Positions 1 to 9,256 of a DNA stretch of 64,000 nucleotides are shown here, in pieces; within the stretch, counting starts at the first letter, position 1, and every line of letters starts with the position of its first letter. The DNA comes from a bacterium (GTDB taxonomy: Bacteria; Auribacterota; UBA3054). The position numbers and the translations under genes are program-made. The notes below the pieces were generated by a model. The model saw only the letters and a list, made by a program, of their open reading frames with translations, ran no database searches and was not told where the DNA came from. The DNA lies in NCBI GenBank assembly GCA_017616555.1, contig JAFZXZ010000017.1:26586-90585 (forward strand). Reading direction: 5' to 3'.

Positions 1-3000
1 GCCAGACCAAGGAGAGCGAGAAGTCCAAGGACAGCCGGTTCAGGAACCACGCTGACCTTGACGTTGTCCACCTGGAGATTGACCTGGGAGCCCACGCAGA
101 CACAGAACAAGGTGCAGGGCACGTCAGAGTCATAAGTATAGACGTAATCCGGATTCTCGGTAACGTCGCCGATACTGAATTCCACCAGTTTGCCTTCCAT
201 GTAGTCTATGGTGTAACTCAGATGCGTCCATTCTCCGGCGTATTCCGCTATGACCAGAGGATAGTCCTCGTAGCCCACAGCGTCGCCGACCAAAATAGGC
301 ACGCCGTCCATCACATCGGGAGCGACCCTGAGTTCGATGGAAGGCTGGTAAGTGCTATTCTGCTTCAAGTGCAGCATGGGGATGGTAAGCCTCTCGGGAT
401 CTTCAAAGATCGCGCTCGGAACGAAGAGGTCCATGTCAAAGCGCATGAAGCTGTTCTTGGGAACATCCAGGGCGTGGTAATAGCCGCCGTAGCCGCCGCC
501 GGTCTCGATCAGGAGGCACTGCGTCGCGTTGGTGGTAAGGACGTAGGCGTTGTTGCCTTCGGGCCAGTCGTTTTCCCATTCGTCCTGGCCGGTGATATCG
601 CCTTCCTTGAAGAAGGGTTCCTCGAAATCGGCGAAGTAATAGACGTTGCCAACTACGAAGGCCACGACGGAGGTGGCGCAGCCGGCTTCCCCGCCGTCCA
701 CTTTCACTCTGGCGCGATAGAAGTTGTTTTCAAGCTTGCTTCTGTCCGGAGTTATGTTGAGGCTGACGGATTCTTTGACTTTGCCGGTGGGATTCTCGAT
801 CGTGAGGGCGTCGTCGAGGTCGATGACCTCGGCCGTGTAGTCGAAGCTGCCGGAACCGAGGTTCTTGATGCCTATTGACAAAACAGCATTCGTGCCGCAG
901 TTGACATACTGGTCCGCCGACAGTTTAGGAGCAGCCTCCCTGGGTATTCTTTCAATCACCAGGTCGTCCACGCCGTGCTTGGCGTTCTCGCCGGAAGGAT
1001 CATAGTCGGCGTGTCCCCAGGAATTGAAGGAATGGCAATCGGGATTGGTGAGAGCCCAGTTGTTGAAGTTGGTGGTGTAGCCGTCCCAGCTGAAGCTGAG
1101 AAGCCTGTTGTCCTGGAGATCCATGGTGTAGCTGATGTCCACCCAGGTGTCGTAAGGAGCCAGGGGGAAGTTCTTGACCGATTTGTCAACGTTCTGACCG
1201 CCGCTGTATTTCATGATGTACAAAAGCGAGAAGCCTTCGTCATCGGGCACGTAGCCGGCCTCGAATTTCTCAGTTGTTCCGGATTCCTTCTGCAGCGGGC
1301 AGACGCCGGAGGCGGCGCTGTCGCTGGGCCAGTAGAGTTTGTAGCTGACCTTGACGATCAGATTCTCATACCAGGGTTTCGGCAGATACATGCTGCAGGC
1401 GTCGTTGCCGCCGGAGATGTAGTGGAACATGCACTTGCCGTCGCACTCGTAGGCGTTGGTTACGACCACTTTGCCGACGTCCAGCGTCCAGCCTCTCTGG
1501 CCGACGATCGAGCCGTCTTCCATGTCGTTGAAGTTTTCCGCAAAAATAATGTTGCCGCCCTGATACATGACATCGACGACTTTCACGCCGGCTTCTCCGG
1601 CGTCAACGGTCATTTTGGTGCGGCGCCAGGTGTCCTGATAGCCTTCCTTGACACTGAGGGTAAGCTTTTCGGAAACGTTGAAGGAACCTTCCGACGGCGT
1701 GACAGTGAGCCATTCGCCGTCAACGGCGACTTGATAGTTGACCGTGCCGGTCTCGGGGCCGGCGTTGTAGAGATCAAAGGTCGTCTCGGTGGTATCCAGC
1801 TGAATGAGAACGGAATTCACGCAGTTCAGCATCGGATCGTCGGAACGGTTGACCGCCTTAACTTCCACATAGTCGTAGCTGGTTTCCGCACCCTCAAGTT
1901 TGGAGGAAAGCTGGGTGGAAAGACGCAGCCTGGTTGGCTGCCCTGAACCGCCGGCAATATCGCATTCAACCGTCGTGCCGTTGCAACTGGCGCCGACTAT
2001 CTTGTTGTCAAGGGAGTCGTAAGTAAAGGAAATAGTGTTCAGCGTCTTGCCGTCTGTGCTCAGATTGTCAAATTCGATGCCGGCCGGGTTGGAAGCAGCC
2101 GTTCCGGCGTCGCCGTTGCAAAGCAGATAGAACCAGCGTGTGCCGGCCATATCGTAGAAAGCGATCAGGTCAGTGCCGCTGCCGCAGATGAACTTGCAGG
2201 TGATCTTGGCATACTGGGTGCCGGGGCTCGGCGGATTGAGCTCAATGGCCGGGGTAAGCACCATGACGTAAGCGTCGGAGCCGCCCTCGGACTGGGAGAG
2301 CACCATGCCTTTGCCTTCGAAGCCTTCCAGACCGCTCGTAACCGTGGTGTTGCCGGAATAAGTGCTGAAGAAAGCCCAGCCCGGCTGTTCGGCCATCTGT
2401 GTGCCATCTTCATAGCTGTCGAAGTTCTCCAGATACATGGTGTTGGAGTCGCCTCTCGAAACGAAGTCGATGGCGGCGTTGCCATAGATGGCGCCTTCAT
2501 TGCCTTCCGCCAAAGTGGAGAGCTGGGTGGAAAGACGCAGGAAGCGCGGGGCGTCGCCGGAAGCGCAGGCCGATTCGCCTTCCCAGGTCTCGTCATTCAC
2601 CGTCACTTTGACCAGCTTATAAACGCCGTCGGAATAGCGCAGCGTGGCGGAGATCTCGTTCAGCGCGTCGGTCTTGACGTTCTCAAAGAGCTGGGAGGCT
2701 GGATCGGTGGCCAGCAAACCGGAAGTGTTGCAGTTGAAAAAGAAGAAGCGGTTGGTGCTCTGGCCGTAGAGAGCGAAGAGGTCCACGCCGCTGCCTGGGC
2801 AGACCGTGCCTTTCACGACCACGTCGAAATTTCCCTGAACGTAGCCGCTTTCCGCAAGCGTCGCCCAATCCGGGCCGATGACCGGCGTCAGGATCATGTT
2901 GTAATCTTCAGATCCGCCTTCGCTTTTTTTGAGCTGCAGGCACTTTGTGCCGAAAGCCTCGACGATGACCGGCGCGCCGGCATAAGTCGAGAAGGTGGTG

Positions 3001-3128
3001 TAACCAAGATCAAGAAGATTGTCTCCGGCATCGTAGCTCGAGTAATCGTCGCCCCAATACTGGAAGGAGTAGGCCGTTGAGGCCATGAAGACCGCCGCAA
3101 GAAGCGACAGACAGAGTAACCGTTTCAT
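1..3128 (-). CDS. PEP-CTERM sorting-domain surface protein, >1040 aa, last few codons beyond the window start
   Basis: Not in the ORF track because its stop lies outside the window. ATG at 3128 follows an AGGAG RBS. It begins with a signal peptide (MKRLLCLSLLAAVFMASTAYS) and reads in frame to ...NVKVSVVPEPAVLGLLALLGL at position 3. Colinear paralogue of 3217..5739. Confidence 0.9.
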   Translation of the reverse strand, partial: MKRLLCLSLLAAVFMASTAYSFQYWGDDYSSYDAGDNLLDLGYTTFSTYAGAPVIVEAFGTKCLQLKKSEGGSEDYNMILTPVIGPDWATLAESGYVQGNFDVVVKGTVCPGSGVDLFALYGQSTNRFFFFNCNTSGLLATDPASQLFENVKTDALNEISATLRYSDGVYKLVKVTVNDETWEGESACASGDAPRFLRLSTQLSTLAEGNEGAIYGNAAIDFVSRGDSNTMYLENFDSYEDGTQMAEQPGWAFFSTYSGNTTVTSGLEGFEGKGMVLSQSEGGSDAYVMVLTPAIELNPPSPGTQYAKITCKFICGSGTDLIAFYDMAGTRWFYLLCNGDAGTAASNPAGIEFDNLSTDGKTLNTISFTYDSLDNKIVGASCNGTTVECDIAGGSGQPTRLRLSTQLSSKLEGAETSYDYVEVKAVNRSDDPMLNCVNSVLIQLDTTETTFDLYNAGPETGTVNYQVAVDGEWLTVTPSEGSFNVSEKLTLSVKEGYQDTWRRTKMTVDAGEAGVKVVDVMYQGGNIIFAENFNDMEDGSIVGQRGWTLDVGKVVVTNAYECDGKCMFHYISGGNDACSMYLPKPWYENLIVKVSYKLYWPSDSAASGVCPLQKESGTTEKFEAGYVPDDEGFSLLYIMKYSGGQNVDKSVKNFPLAPYDTWVDISYTMDLQDNRLLSFSWDGYTTNFNNWALTNPDCHSFNSWGHADYDPSGENAKHGVDDLVIERIPREAAPKLSADQYVNCGTNAVLSIGIKNLGSGSFDYTAEVIDLDDALTIENPTGKVKESVSLNITPDRSKLENNFYRARVKVDGGEAGCATSVVAFVVGNVYYFADFEEPFFKEGDITGQDEWENDWPEGNNAYVLTTNATQCLLIETGGGYGGYYHALDVPKNSFMRFDMDLFVPSAIFEDPERLTIPMLHLKQNSTYQPSIELRVAPDVMDGVPILVGDAVGYEDYPLVIAEYAGEWTHLSYTIDYMEGKLVEFSIGDVTENPDYVYTYDSDVPCTLFCVCVGSQVNLQVDNVKVSVVPEPAVLGLLALLGL

Positions 3129-3173
3129 AAACACTCCTGATGGTTAGGTTGAATGTAAAACAAATTCTTTGGC

Positions 3174-3207
3174 AAAAAAAGGCCCGGCTTTCGCCGAGCC
3201 TTTTTTT
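3174..3207. terminator. Rho-independent terminator between the two PEP-CTERM genes
   Basis: A7-GGCCCGGC-TTTC-GCCGAGCC-T7 stem-loop just past the stop of 3217..5739. Confidence 0.8.
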
Positions 3208-3216
3208 AGCGCTCTT

Positions 3217-5739
3217 TTATTTGCGTCTGATAAGAGCCAGACCAAGGAGAGCGAGCAAGCCGAAGACAGCCGGTTCAGGAACAACGCTCACTTTGACGTT
3301 GTCGAACTGGATGTTGCCGGCGTAGGTCACGCACAGGCAGAAGAGGTTGCAGCCGGCGCCCTTGTAGTTGTCATTGATGTAGGCATCCACAGGATATTCA
3401 GAATTGTCGTCGATGGTGAATTCCGTGAGCAAGCCTTCCTTGTAGTCGATGACGTAGGAAACGTGCATCCAGTCTTCCGCGTATTCGGTCGTAGAGAACA
3501 TGTAGTCGTTGGCATGGTCGAGACCATAAACGATAGGAACGCCGTCCATGAAGTCGATGTCCAGCGTAATGTCCGCGGCGGACTGGTACATGCTGTTCTG
3601 CTTGAAGTAAATGACTTCCCTGCCGATCAGGTCTTCTCTTTCGAAGATGGCGGGCGGGAGGAAGACATCGCAGTCGAACCTGACCATGCTGTTCTCGGGA
3701 ACATCCAGGGCGTGGTAATAGCCGCCGTAGCCGCCGCCGATCTCGATCATCACGGTCTGGTTGTCGTTGGTGCTCATAACATAGGCAACGTTGGCGCCGG
3801 GGTTGTTGTCGCCCCAGTCGTCCTGGCCGGCAAATTCACCAAGCGCGAAGAACGGTTCTTCAAAGTCAGCGGAGTAATAGACGCCGCCAACCACGAAGGA
3901 AACGATGGTGGTAGTGCATCCGGCGTCGCCGGCGTTGAACACTACTCTGGAGCGGTAGTAGTTGTCACCCAAGCCTTCCCTGTCCACGGTGAACGTCACT
4001 TCCTGACTATCCTCAACGGTGCCGCTGCTCGGGGAGACCGTAACGTTTTCGGCTAGATCGAGAACTTCAGCCGTGTAGTCGAAGGAGCCCTTGCCGCCGT
4101 TCAAGACATTCACAGCAGCGCTGTCGTTAACGCCAACAGATGCAGACAAGGGAACGATCATCTTAGCGTCCGCTTCCTTTTCGACTCTTTCAACCTTAAT
4201 ATTGTCGATGCCATGATTGCATTCAAGAACACCGTTGGCGTTATCCCAGACGGCATATCCCCAGGAATTGTAGAAATGGGTGTCGGGCTGCTTGAGCTGC
4301 CAATTGGTGAAGTTCGTGACAACGCCGTCCCAGCCGAAACTGAGAAGCATATTGGCCTGGAGGTCGATGGTATATTCGACTGTGACCCACTTGTCGTAGG
4401 GGGCGATGGCGAAATTCTTGATTTTCTTAGCGCCATTGTTCTTCTGAATGTTTACCAGATAGAAACCTTCGCCGCTTTCGTCTTTCGAAACATAATTCTC
4501 GAACTTCTCGTGGCTGTTTTTCTGCAGCATACAGACGTCGGTGGCCGTGCCGTCGGAGGGCCAATACACATCAAAGGAGACCTTCACCACAAGGTTTTCA
4601 TACCAACAAGCTTGCGGAAGATACATGCTGCAGGCGTTGTTGCCGCCGGCACCGTAAATGAACATGCATTTGCCGCTGCAGTCGTAGGCGTTGGAGACGA
4701 TAACGTCGCCCATGTCGAGCGTCCAGCCTCTCTGACCGACGATCGAGCCGTCTTCCATATCGTCGAATTTTTCTTCAAAAATTATGTTGCCTTTGGAGCA
4801 CATGACGGAAACGACTTTCGGTTCGCCGGCGCCGCCGGAAACAGTCATGCTGCCGCGGTAGAATCCGTCGGGCATGTCTTCCTTGGCTTTCAGGGTAAGA
4901 ACGGTCGAATCGGTAAACGTGCCGCTGGTGGGGGTGACTTCCAGCCAATCGGCGTCGGTGGTGACGGTGAAGTTGATCTCGCCTTCGGAGGCGCCGTTGA
5001 AGAGCGTGAACTCCGCGCTGGTGGAATCCAGGGGAATGACCGCATCGCTGTCACAGAAAATGGTGGGCTCTTCGGCACGGGCCACGTTCTCGACCTTGAC
5101 GAAATCATAATAGGTGCCGGTAGCGCCTTCGATCACACCGCCAAGATACGTGGAAAGGCGCATCCTCCACGGCTGTTCGAAAGTGGTTTCCAACATAATG
5201 GAGCATTCCTGAGTCTCGCCGTTGCAAGTCACAGACGTGATCTGGTTGTTGAGATGGTCGAAAACGACTGTGATCTCGTTGGGAGTCAAACCGTCGGTGT
5301 TGAAGTTTTCAAAGGTAACGCCGCCCGGACTGGAAGCCATCAAACCGTCCGCTGCGTTCAGGTGCAGATAGAAGAAGCGGCTCATGTTCTTATCGTAAAG
5401 CGCAATAAGGTCGGTATTGGAACCGGAGACAACTTTCGTGGAGATCTTTGTGACTTCTTTGAGAGTGCTGGCAGGCGTGGTATCGAAAGTCGGAGTCAGG
5501 ACCATAACATATTCGGTGGAGCCCGTATCGGACTGGCTCAGTACCATGGCCTTGGAATCAATGTTGGGAGCATTCGTCACGACCGTGGTGTTGCCGGTGT
5601 AGTTGTTGAAGATTTCCCAGCCTTCCTGTTCGGCCATCTGGGTGCCCACTTCGTAGCTTTCAAAATCTTCCTGATAGACGACGCCGGCAAAGACCGGAAC
5701 GCAGACCAGGAGCAATAGAGCTATGAGGATTCGTTTCAT
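3217..5739 (-). CDS. PEP-CTERM sorting-domain surface protein with repeated beta-sandwich and BACON/Ig-like modules
   Basis: Signal peptide; C-terminus VPEPAVFGLLALLGLALIRRK; recurring (Y/F)xExF(E/D)...GQxGW-type modules alternating with WLEVTPTSGT-type segments. Confidence 0.9.
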   Translation of the reverse strand: MKRILIALLLLVCVPVFAGVVYQEDFESYEVGTQMAEQEGWEIFNNYTGNTTVVTNAPNIDSKAMVLSQSDTGSTEYVMVLTPTFDTTPASTLKEVTKISTKVVSGSNTDLIALYDKNMSRFFYLHLNAADGLMASSPGGVTFENFNTDGLTPNEITVVFDHLNNQITSVTCNGETQECSIMLETTFEQPWRMRLSTYLGGVIEGATGTYYDFVKVENVARAEEPTIFCDSDAVIPLDSTSAEFTLFNGASEGEINFTVTTDADWLEVTPTSGTFTDSTVLTLKAKEDMPDGFYRGSMTVSGGAGEPKVVSVMCSKGNIIFEEKFDDMEDGSIVGQRGWTLDMGDVIVSNAYDCSGKCMFIYGAGGNNACSMYLPQACWYENLVVKVSFDVYWPSDGTATDVCMLQKNSHEKFENYVSKDESGEGFYLVNIQKNNGAKKIKNFAIAPYDKWVTVEYTIDLQANMLLSFGWDGVVTNFTNWQLKQPDTHFYNSWGYAVWDNANGVLECNHGIDNIKVERVEKEADAKMIVPLSASVGVNDSAAVNVLNGGKGSFDYTAEVLDLAENVTVSPSSGTVEDSQEVTFTVDREGLGDNYYRSRVVFNAGDAGCTTTIVSFVVGGVYYSADFEEPFFALGEFAGQDDWGDNNPGANVAYVMSTNDNQTVMIEIGGGYGGYYHALDVPENSMVRFDCDVFLPPAIFEREDLIGREVIYFKQNSMYQSAADITLDIDFMDGVPIVYGLDHANDYMFSTTEYAEDWMHVSYVIDYKEGLLTEFTIDDNSEYPVDAYINDNYKGAGCNLFCLCVTYAGNIQFDNVKVSVVPEPAVFGLLALLGLALIRRK

Positions 5740-5868
5740 AATAACCTCGTTGGTTTTGGTTAAGAGATGTTAAAGATTCTATCTGTCAATAATGATATGA
5801 AAAAGCAACTTATAAATAAATATCCCTAAAAAACAGCTTTTTTTATAGATAAAACACATGGAAAACCA

Positions 5869-5885
5869 TTTGTCATTTTGACAAA
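5869..5885. promoter_or_regulatory. 7-3-7 palindrome TTTGTCA-TTT-TGACAAA, candidate enhancer for the sigma54 promoter
   Basis: Perfect inverted repeat about 50-65 bp upstream of the sigma54 motif; function inferred. Confidence 0.4.
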
Positions 5886-5935
5886 AAGCAGCGGCGGCAA
5901 AATTTTAAGTTATGTAAATATCGTGATTTATTTTT

Positions 5936-5951
5936 TGGCACGCTTTTTGCA
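5936..5951 (+). promoter_or_regulatory. Sigma54 (-24/-12) promoter of the MoxR/Bat operon
   Basis: TGGCACG-CTTT-TTGCA matches the TGGCACG-N4-TTGCW consensus exactly. Confidence 0.75.
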
Positions 5952-5962
5952 ATATGTTCGGC

Positions 5963-6829
5963 ATGCGTAAAACGATTTACATAATTGCAGTTTTCCTGCT
6001 GGCGCTGAGCGCGAGTTCGGAAGTAAGGTGGGAGATCCTTCCGGAGAGCACCAACGTCGTCTCAAAGAAGAGCACGCAGCTCATAATGACCGCTACGTGG
6101 ACCGGCTATGAGACGATCTCCGTGCGCACTCCCCGCTTTAAGGAATTGAAAGGCGCCCTGGTAAAAGACATCGTCAGCTACAACGAGTCGAAGCCGGGTG
6201 TTGGCGGGACGCAGCATACCGCTACTTACCTGATCGATCTTCTTGTAACGAACGCCCCGGGAACGGTCGTCGAGACCGGATTGATCGAGGTCATGTCGAG
6301 AGGATTAGAGGACAGCGAATTCAGCAGTTCCGATCTGGCGGGCATAACTTTGAACGTTAAGAGCGCAAAGCTTCCATGGCTCGTTATCGCGGCCGCCCTT
6401 CTGATCGTCCTTGCCGCCGCGCTGGTTTTCGTCTTGAAAAAGAAAACGGCGAAAAAAAGCGCGGATCAGCCCGAACAGAACCTCGAGGAAGAATACCTCG
6501 TGAAGCTGGAGGAAAGCAGGGAGCTGAGGCTTAAGGGCGAGACCGCCGCCTACTTCGGCAAATGCGAAGAGCTCTTAAGAAGCTACCTGCGCGCCAAGTA
6601 TTCCATCGCCGACCTCGACTCATTCGGGGAAAAGGAAGCTTTGAATAACGGCGTGGACCAGAGGATGGTGAGGACGGCCAAGGAAGTATGCGCCCTTTGT
6701 TTCAACGTGCGCTACGCCGGCTACGAGCCCTCCGCCATGGAAGAAAAGCGCGCCTATGATTTTTTGAAAGAATTATTAATCCGTAACAAGCCCAACCGTC
6801 AAAAGGAAACGGATGAGCTTTACATCTAA
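5963..6829 (+). CDS. Bat-operon-associated membrane-anchored protein (Ig-like periplasmic domain, one TM helix, helical C-terminal domain)
   Basis: Signal peptide MRKTIYIIAVFLLALSASS and a central TM helix; architecture parallels 9257..10234. Start 5963 preferred over 5954 because of the sigma54 promoter position. Confidence 0.65.
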   Translation: MRKTIYIIAVFLLALSASSEVRWEILPESTNVVSKKSTQLIMTATWTGYETISVRTPRFKELKGALVKDIVSYNESKPGVGGTQHTATYLIDLLVTNAPGTVVETGLIEVMSRGLEDSEFSSSDLAGITLNVKSAKLPWLVIAAALLIVLAAALVFVLKKKTAKKSADQPEQNLEEEYLVKLEESRELRLKGETAAYFGKCEELLRSYLRAKYSIADLDSFGEKEALNNGVDQRMVRTAKEVCALCFNVRYAGYEPSAMEEKRAYDFLKELLIRNKPNRQKETDELYI

Positions 6830-6840
6830 AAGGAGAATTT

Positions 6841-7830
6841 ATGAATACAGACGTCAAACAGATCCAGGAACAGGTCCAGTCAGCCAGCGCTAAGTTTTCC
6901 GTGCTGCGCCAGGAGATCTCGAACACAATCGTAGGGCAGAGCTACATGATCGACAGGCTTTTGATCGGCTTGCTGTCCAACGGGCACATTTTGTTGGAAG
7001 GCGTTCCGGGACTGGCCAAGACCTTGTGCGTTACGACGCTTGCCAAAGCCGTGAAAGCCGATTTCAAGCGCATCCAGTTCACGCCTGACCTTCTGCCCGC
7101 CGACCTTATCGGCACTATGATCTACGATCCGAAGGAAGGCACCTTCAAGACCAAGAAAGGCCCGATCTTCGCTAATTTGATCCTGGCCGACGAGATCAAC
7201 CGCGCCCCGGCCAAAGTGCAGAGCGCTCTTCTGGAAGCTATGCAGGAACACCAGGTGACGATAGGAGACCAGTCCTTCGCCCTGGACGAACCCTTCCTGG
7301 TCCTGGCCACCCAGAACCCCATAGAGCAGGAAGGCACCTATCCCCTGCCGGAGGCGCAGGTGGACCGCTTCATGCTGAAACTTAAGATCACCTACCCCAA
7401 CAAAAAAGAGGAAAAGGAGATCCAGCGCCGCATGGCCGCTACCAACGTGAAGTGCGAAGTCAATGAGATAATCACTCCGGAAGAGATCCTGGAAGCGAGA
7501 AAAATAGTCGATTCCATCTACATCGACGAGAAAGTCAGCGACTACATCCTCGACATCATTTTCGCGACCAGAGAGCCGGAAGCCTACAAGCTCCCCTTCA
7601 AGGACTACATCCAGTACGGCGCTTCGCCCCGCGCCACCATCGCGCTGACAATAGCCGCCAAGGCCCACGCCTTCCTGCAGGGCAGAGGCTTCGTGACGCC
7701 GCAGGACGTCAAGTCCATCGGCCCGGACGTCTTGCGCCACAGAGTTATAGTGAGCTACGAGGCGGAAGCGGAAGGCATGACTTCCGACGACCTCGTCCAG
7801 AAGATCTTCGACGAAGTGCAGGTGCCCTGA
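6841..7830 (+). CDS. moxR: MoxR family AAA+ ATPase
   Basis: LEGVPGLAKT Walker A, RIQFTPDLLPAD, LADEINRAPAKVQSALLEAM, ATQNPIEQEGTYPLPEAQVDRF. Confidence 0.95.
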   Translation: MNTDVKQIQEQVQSASAKFSVLRQEISNTIVGQSYMIDRLLIGLLSNGHILLEGVPGLAKTLCVTTLAKAVKADFKRIQFTPDLLPADLIGTMIYDPKEGTFKTKKGPIFANLILADEINRAPAKVQSALLEAMQEHQVTIGDQSFALDEPFLVLATQNPIEQEGTYPLPEAQVDRFMLKLKITYPNKKEEKEIQRRMAATNVKCEVNEIITPEEILEARKIVDSIYIDEKVSDYILDIIFATREPEAYKLPFKDYIQYGASPRATIALTIAAKAHAFLQGRGFVTPQDVKSIGPDVLRHRVIVSYEAEAEGMTSDDLVQKIFDEVQVP

Positions 7831-7868
7831 TGATCTTTCCCAATAGGATAGATTAAGGAGAAATCAAG

Positions 7869-8750
7869 ATGTTATCCAAAGAACTGCTCCAGAAAGTCCG
7901 CCAGATCCAGATCAGGACCAGCCACCAGGTGACCGAGGTCATGGCCGGCGAATACAAGAGCGCCTTCAAAGGGCGCGGCATGGAGTTTGACGAAGTCAGG
8001 CTCTACCAGCCCGGCGACGACATCAGGACCATCGACTGGAACGTCACGGCCCGCACCGGCGTTCCGTACGTGAAGCGCTTCGTGGAAGAGCGCGAACTGA
8101 CCGTCATGCTGATGGTGGACGCCAGCTCCTCCGGCGCCTTCGGTTCAGTAACTAAGAGCAAGAACGAGATCGCAGCCGAGATCGCGGGGCTTCTGGCCTA
8201 CACCGCAATAAGGAGCAACGACAGAGTGGGGCTCATCATCTTTACGGATAGAATCGAGCTCTACATCCCGCCGAAGAAAGGCCACTCCCATGTCCTCCGC
8301 GTCATCAGGGAAGTTTTGGGCTTCAAGAAGAGCGAGCGCTCCAAAACGGACGTCGGCGCCGCCCTCGATTTCTTAAACAAAGTCTGCCGCAGGAAGGCCG
8401 TCGTCTTCCTTATCTCGGACTTTTTGTGCGAAGGCTTCGAGAAGCCGATAAACCTCGCCAGCAAGCGTCACGACCTCATTCCGGTCTCCGTTTCCGACCC
8501 GAGGGAAAGCTCGCTTCCGCCGATCGGCCTCATCACTCTCGAAGACGCCGAAACGGGCGAGACCATAACCGTTGACACCTACGACGCCAAAGTCCGCCGG
8601 ACCTTGGAAAAACTCTCAGTAATGAGAAACGAGGAACGCGACAAAAGCTTCACGTCCTCCGGCGTGGACTCCATGCGCGTATCGACCAACGCCAACTACG
8701 GCGACGAGATCGTGCGCTTCTTCAAACGCCGGGAAAAAACCATTTTCTAA
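7869..8750 (+). CDS. DUF58 / VWA-like MoxR partner
   Basis: FKGRGMEFDEVRLYQPGDDIRTIDWNVTAR, VKRFVEERE. Confidence 0.92.
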   Translation: MLSKELLQKVRQIQIRTSHQVTEVMAGEYKSAFKGRGMEFDEVRLYQPGDDIRTIDWNVTARTGVPYVKRFVEERELTVMLMVDASSSGAFGSVTKSKNEIAAEIAGLLAYTAIRSNDRVGLIIFTDRIELYIPPKKGHSHVLRVIREVLGFKKSERSKTDVGAALDFLNKVCRRKAVVFLISDFLCEGFEKPINLASKRHDLIPVSVSDPRESSLPPIGLITLEDAETGETITVDTYDAKVRRTLEKLSVMRNEERDKSFTSSGVDSMRVSTNANYGDEIVRFFKRREKTIF

Positions 8751-8754
8751 ACTT

Positions 8755-9255
8755 ATGTCAAAAATCATTTCCTTAATACAGATCCTTTGCTTCATACTGC
8801 TTCTCCTTATCGCCTACAGGCTCTACTTCCCGCCCAAAGCGAACTGGACCGCCGAGCAGCAGAGAGCCCTGGCCATCACTTTGAGGACCAAAGGGCTCGA
8901 TCTGCAGGCCGCCAAAGAGCTGCAGAAATACCTCTCCGACTACCCCGTTCCCGTAAAAGAGCGCCCGGGAGTATGCGTGACGATCGGCAACATCTATTAC
9001 GACAAGCTTGATTTCGCCAACGCCGTCGCCTACTACTACCGCGCCGAAGCGTTAGACCCGACTTTTGCGAACGACAAGGACGTCCCGAGAAGAGTGGTCG
9101 ATTCCCTAACGAAGCTGGGGCGCCAGAAAGAGGCCGCCGCCGCGAGGAAAAGATACACCGCCCTGGATCCCTCGCTCGACCAGAAGGAAGAAGTGAAGAA
9201 TGAGAAGGAACCGGAAAAACCGGCTCAGGATGAAAATCTAAAAGAGGAAAAATAA
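8755..9255 (+). CDS. Membrane-anchored TPR protein
   Basis: N-terminal TM helix; TPR-like IGNIYYDKLDFANAVAYYYRAEALDP. Confidence 0.65.
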   Translation: MSKIISLIQILCFILLLLIAYRLYFPPKANWTAEQQRALAITLRTKGLDLQAAKELQKYLSDYPVPVKERPGVCVTIGNIYYDKLDFANAVAYYYRAEALDPTFANDKDVPRRVVDSLTKLGRQKEAAAARKRYTALDPSLDQKEEVKNEKEPEKPAQDENLKEEK

Positions 9256-9256
9256 C

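Noticed and set aside
222-5718. Long plus-strand ORFs (222..878, 975..1946, 3169..4056, 4213..5718)
   Set aside because: Antisense shadows of the PEP-CTERM genes caused by codon bias; no RBS or recognisable motifs
1-5739. Diversity-generating retroelement between the PEP-CTERM paralogues
   Set aside because: No reverse transcriptase in the window, and the differences between copies are not adenine-specific
5893-5920. TTATGTAAAT resembling the XerD arm of a dif site
   Set aside because: No matching XerC arm at the 6-bp spacing
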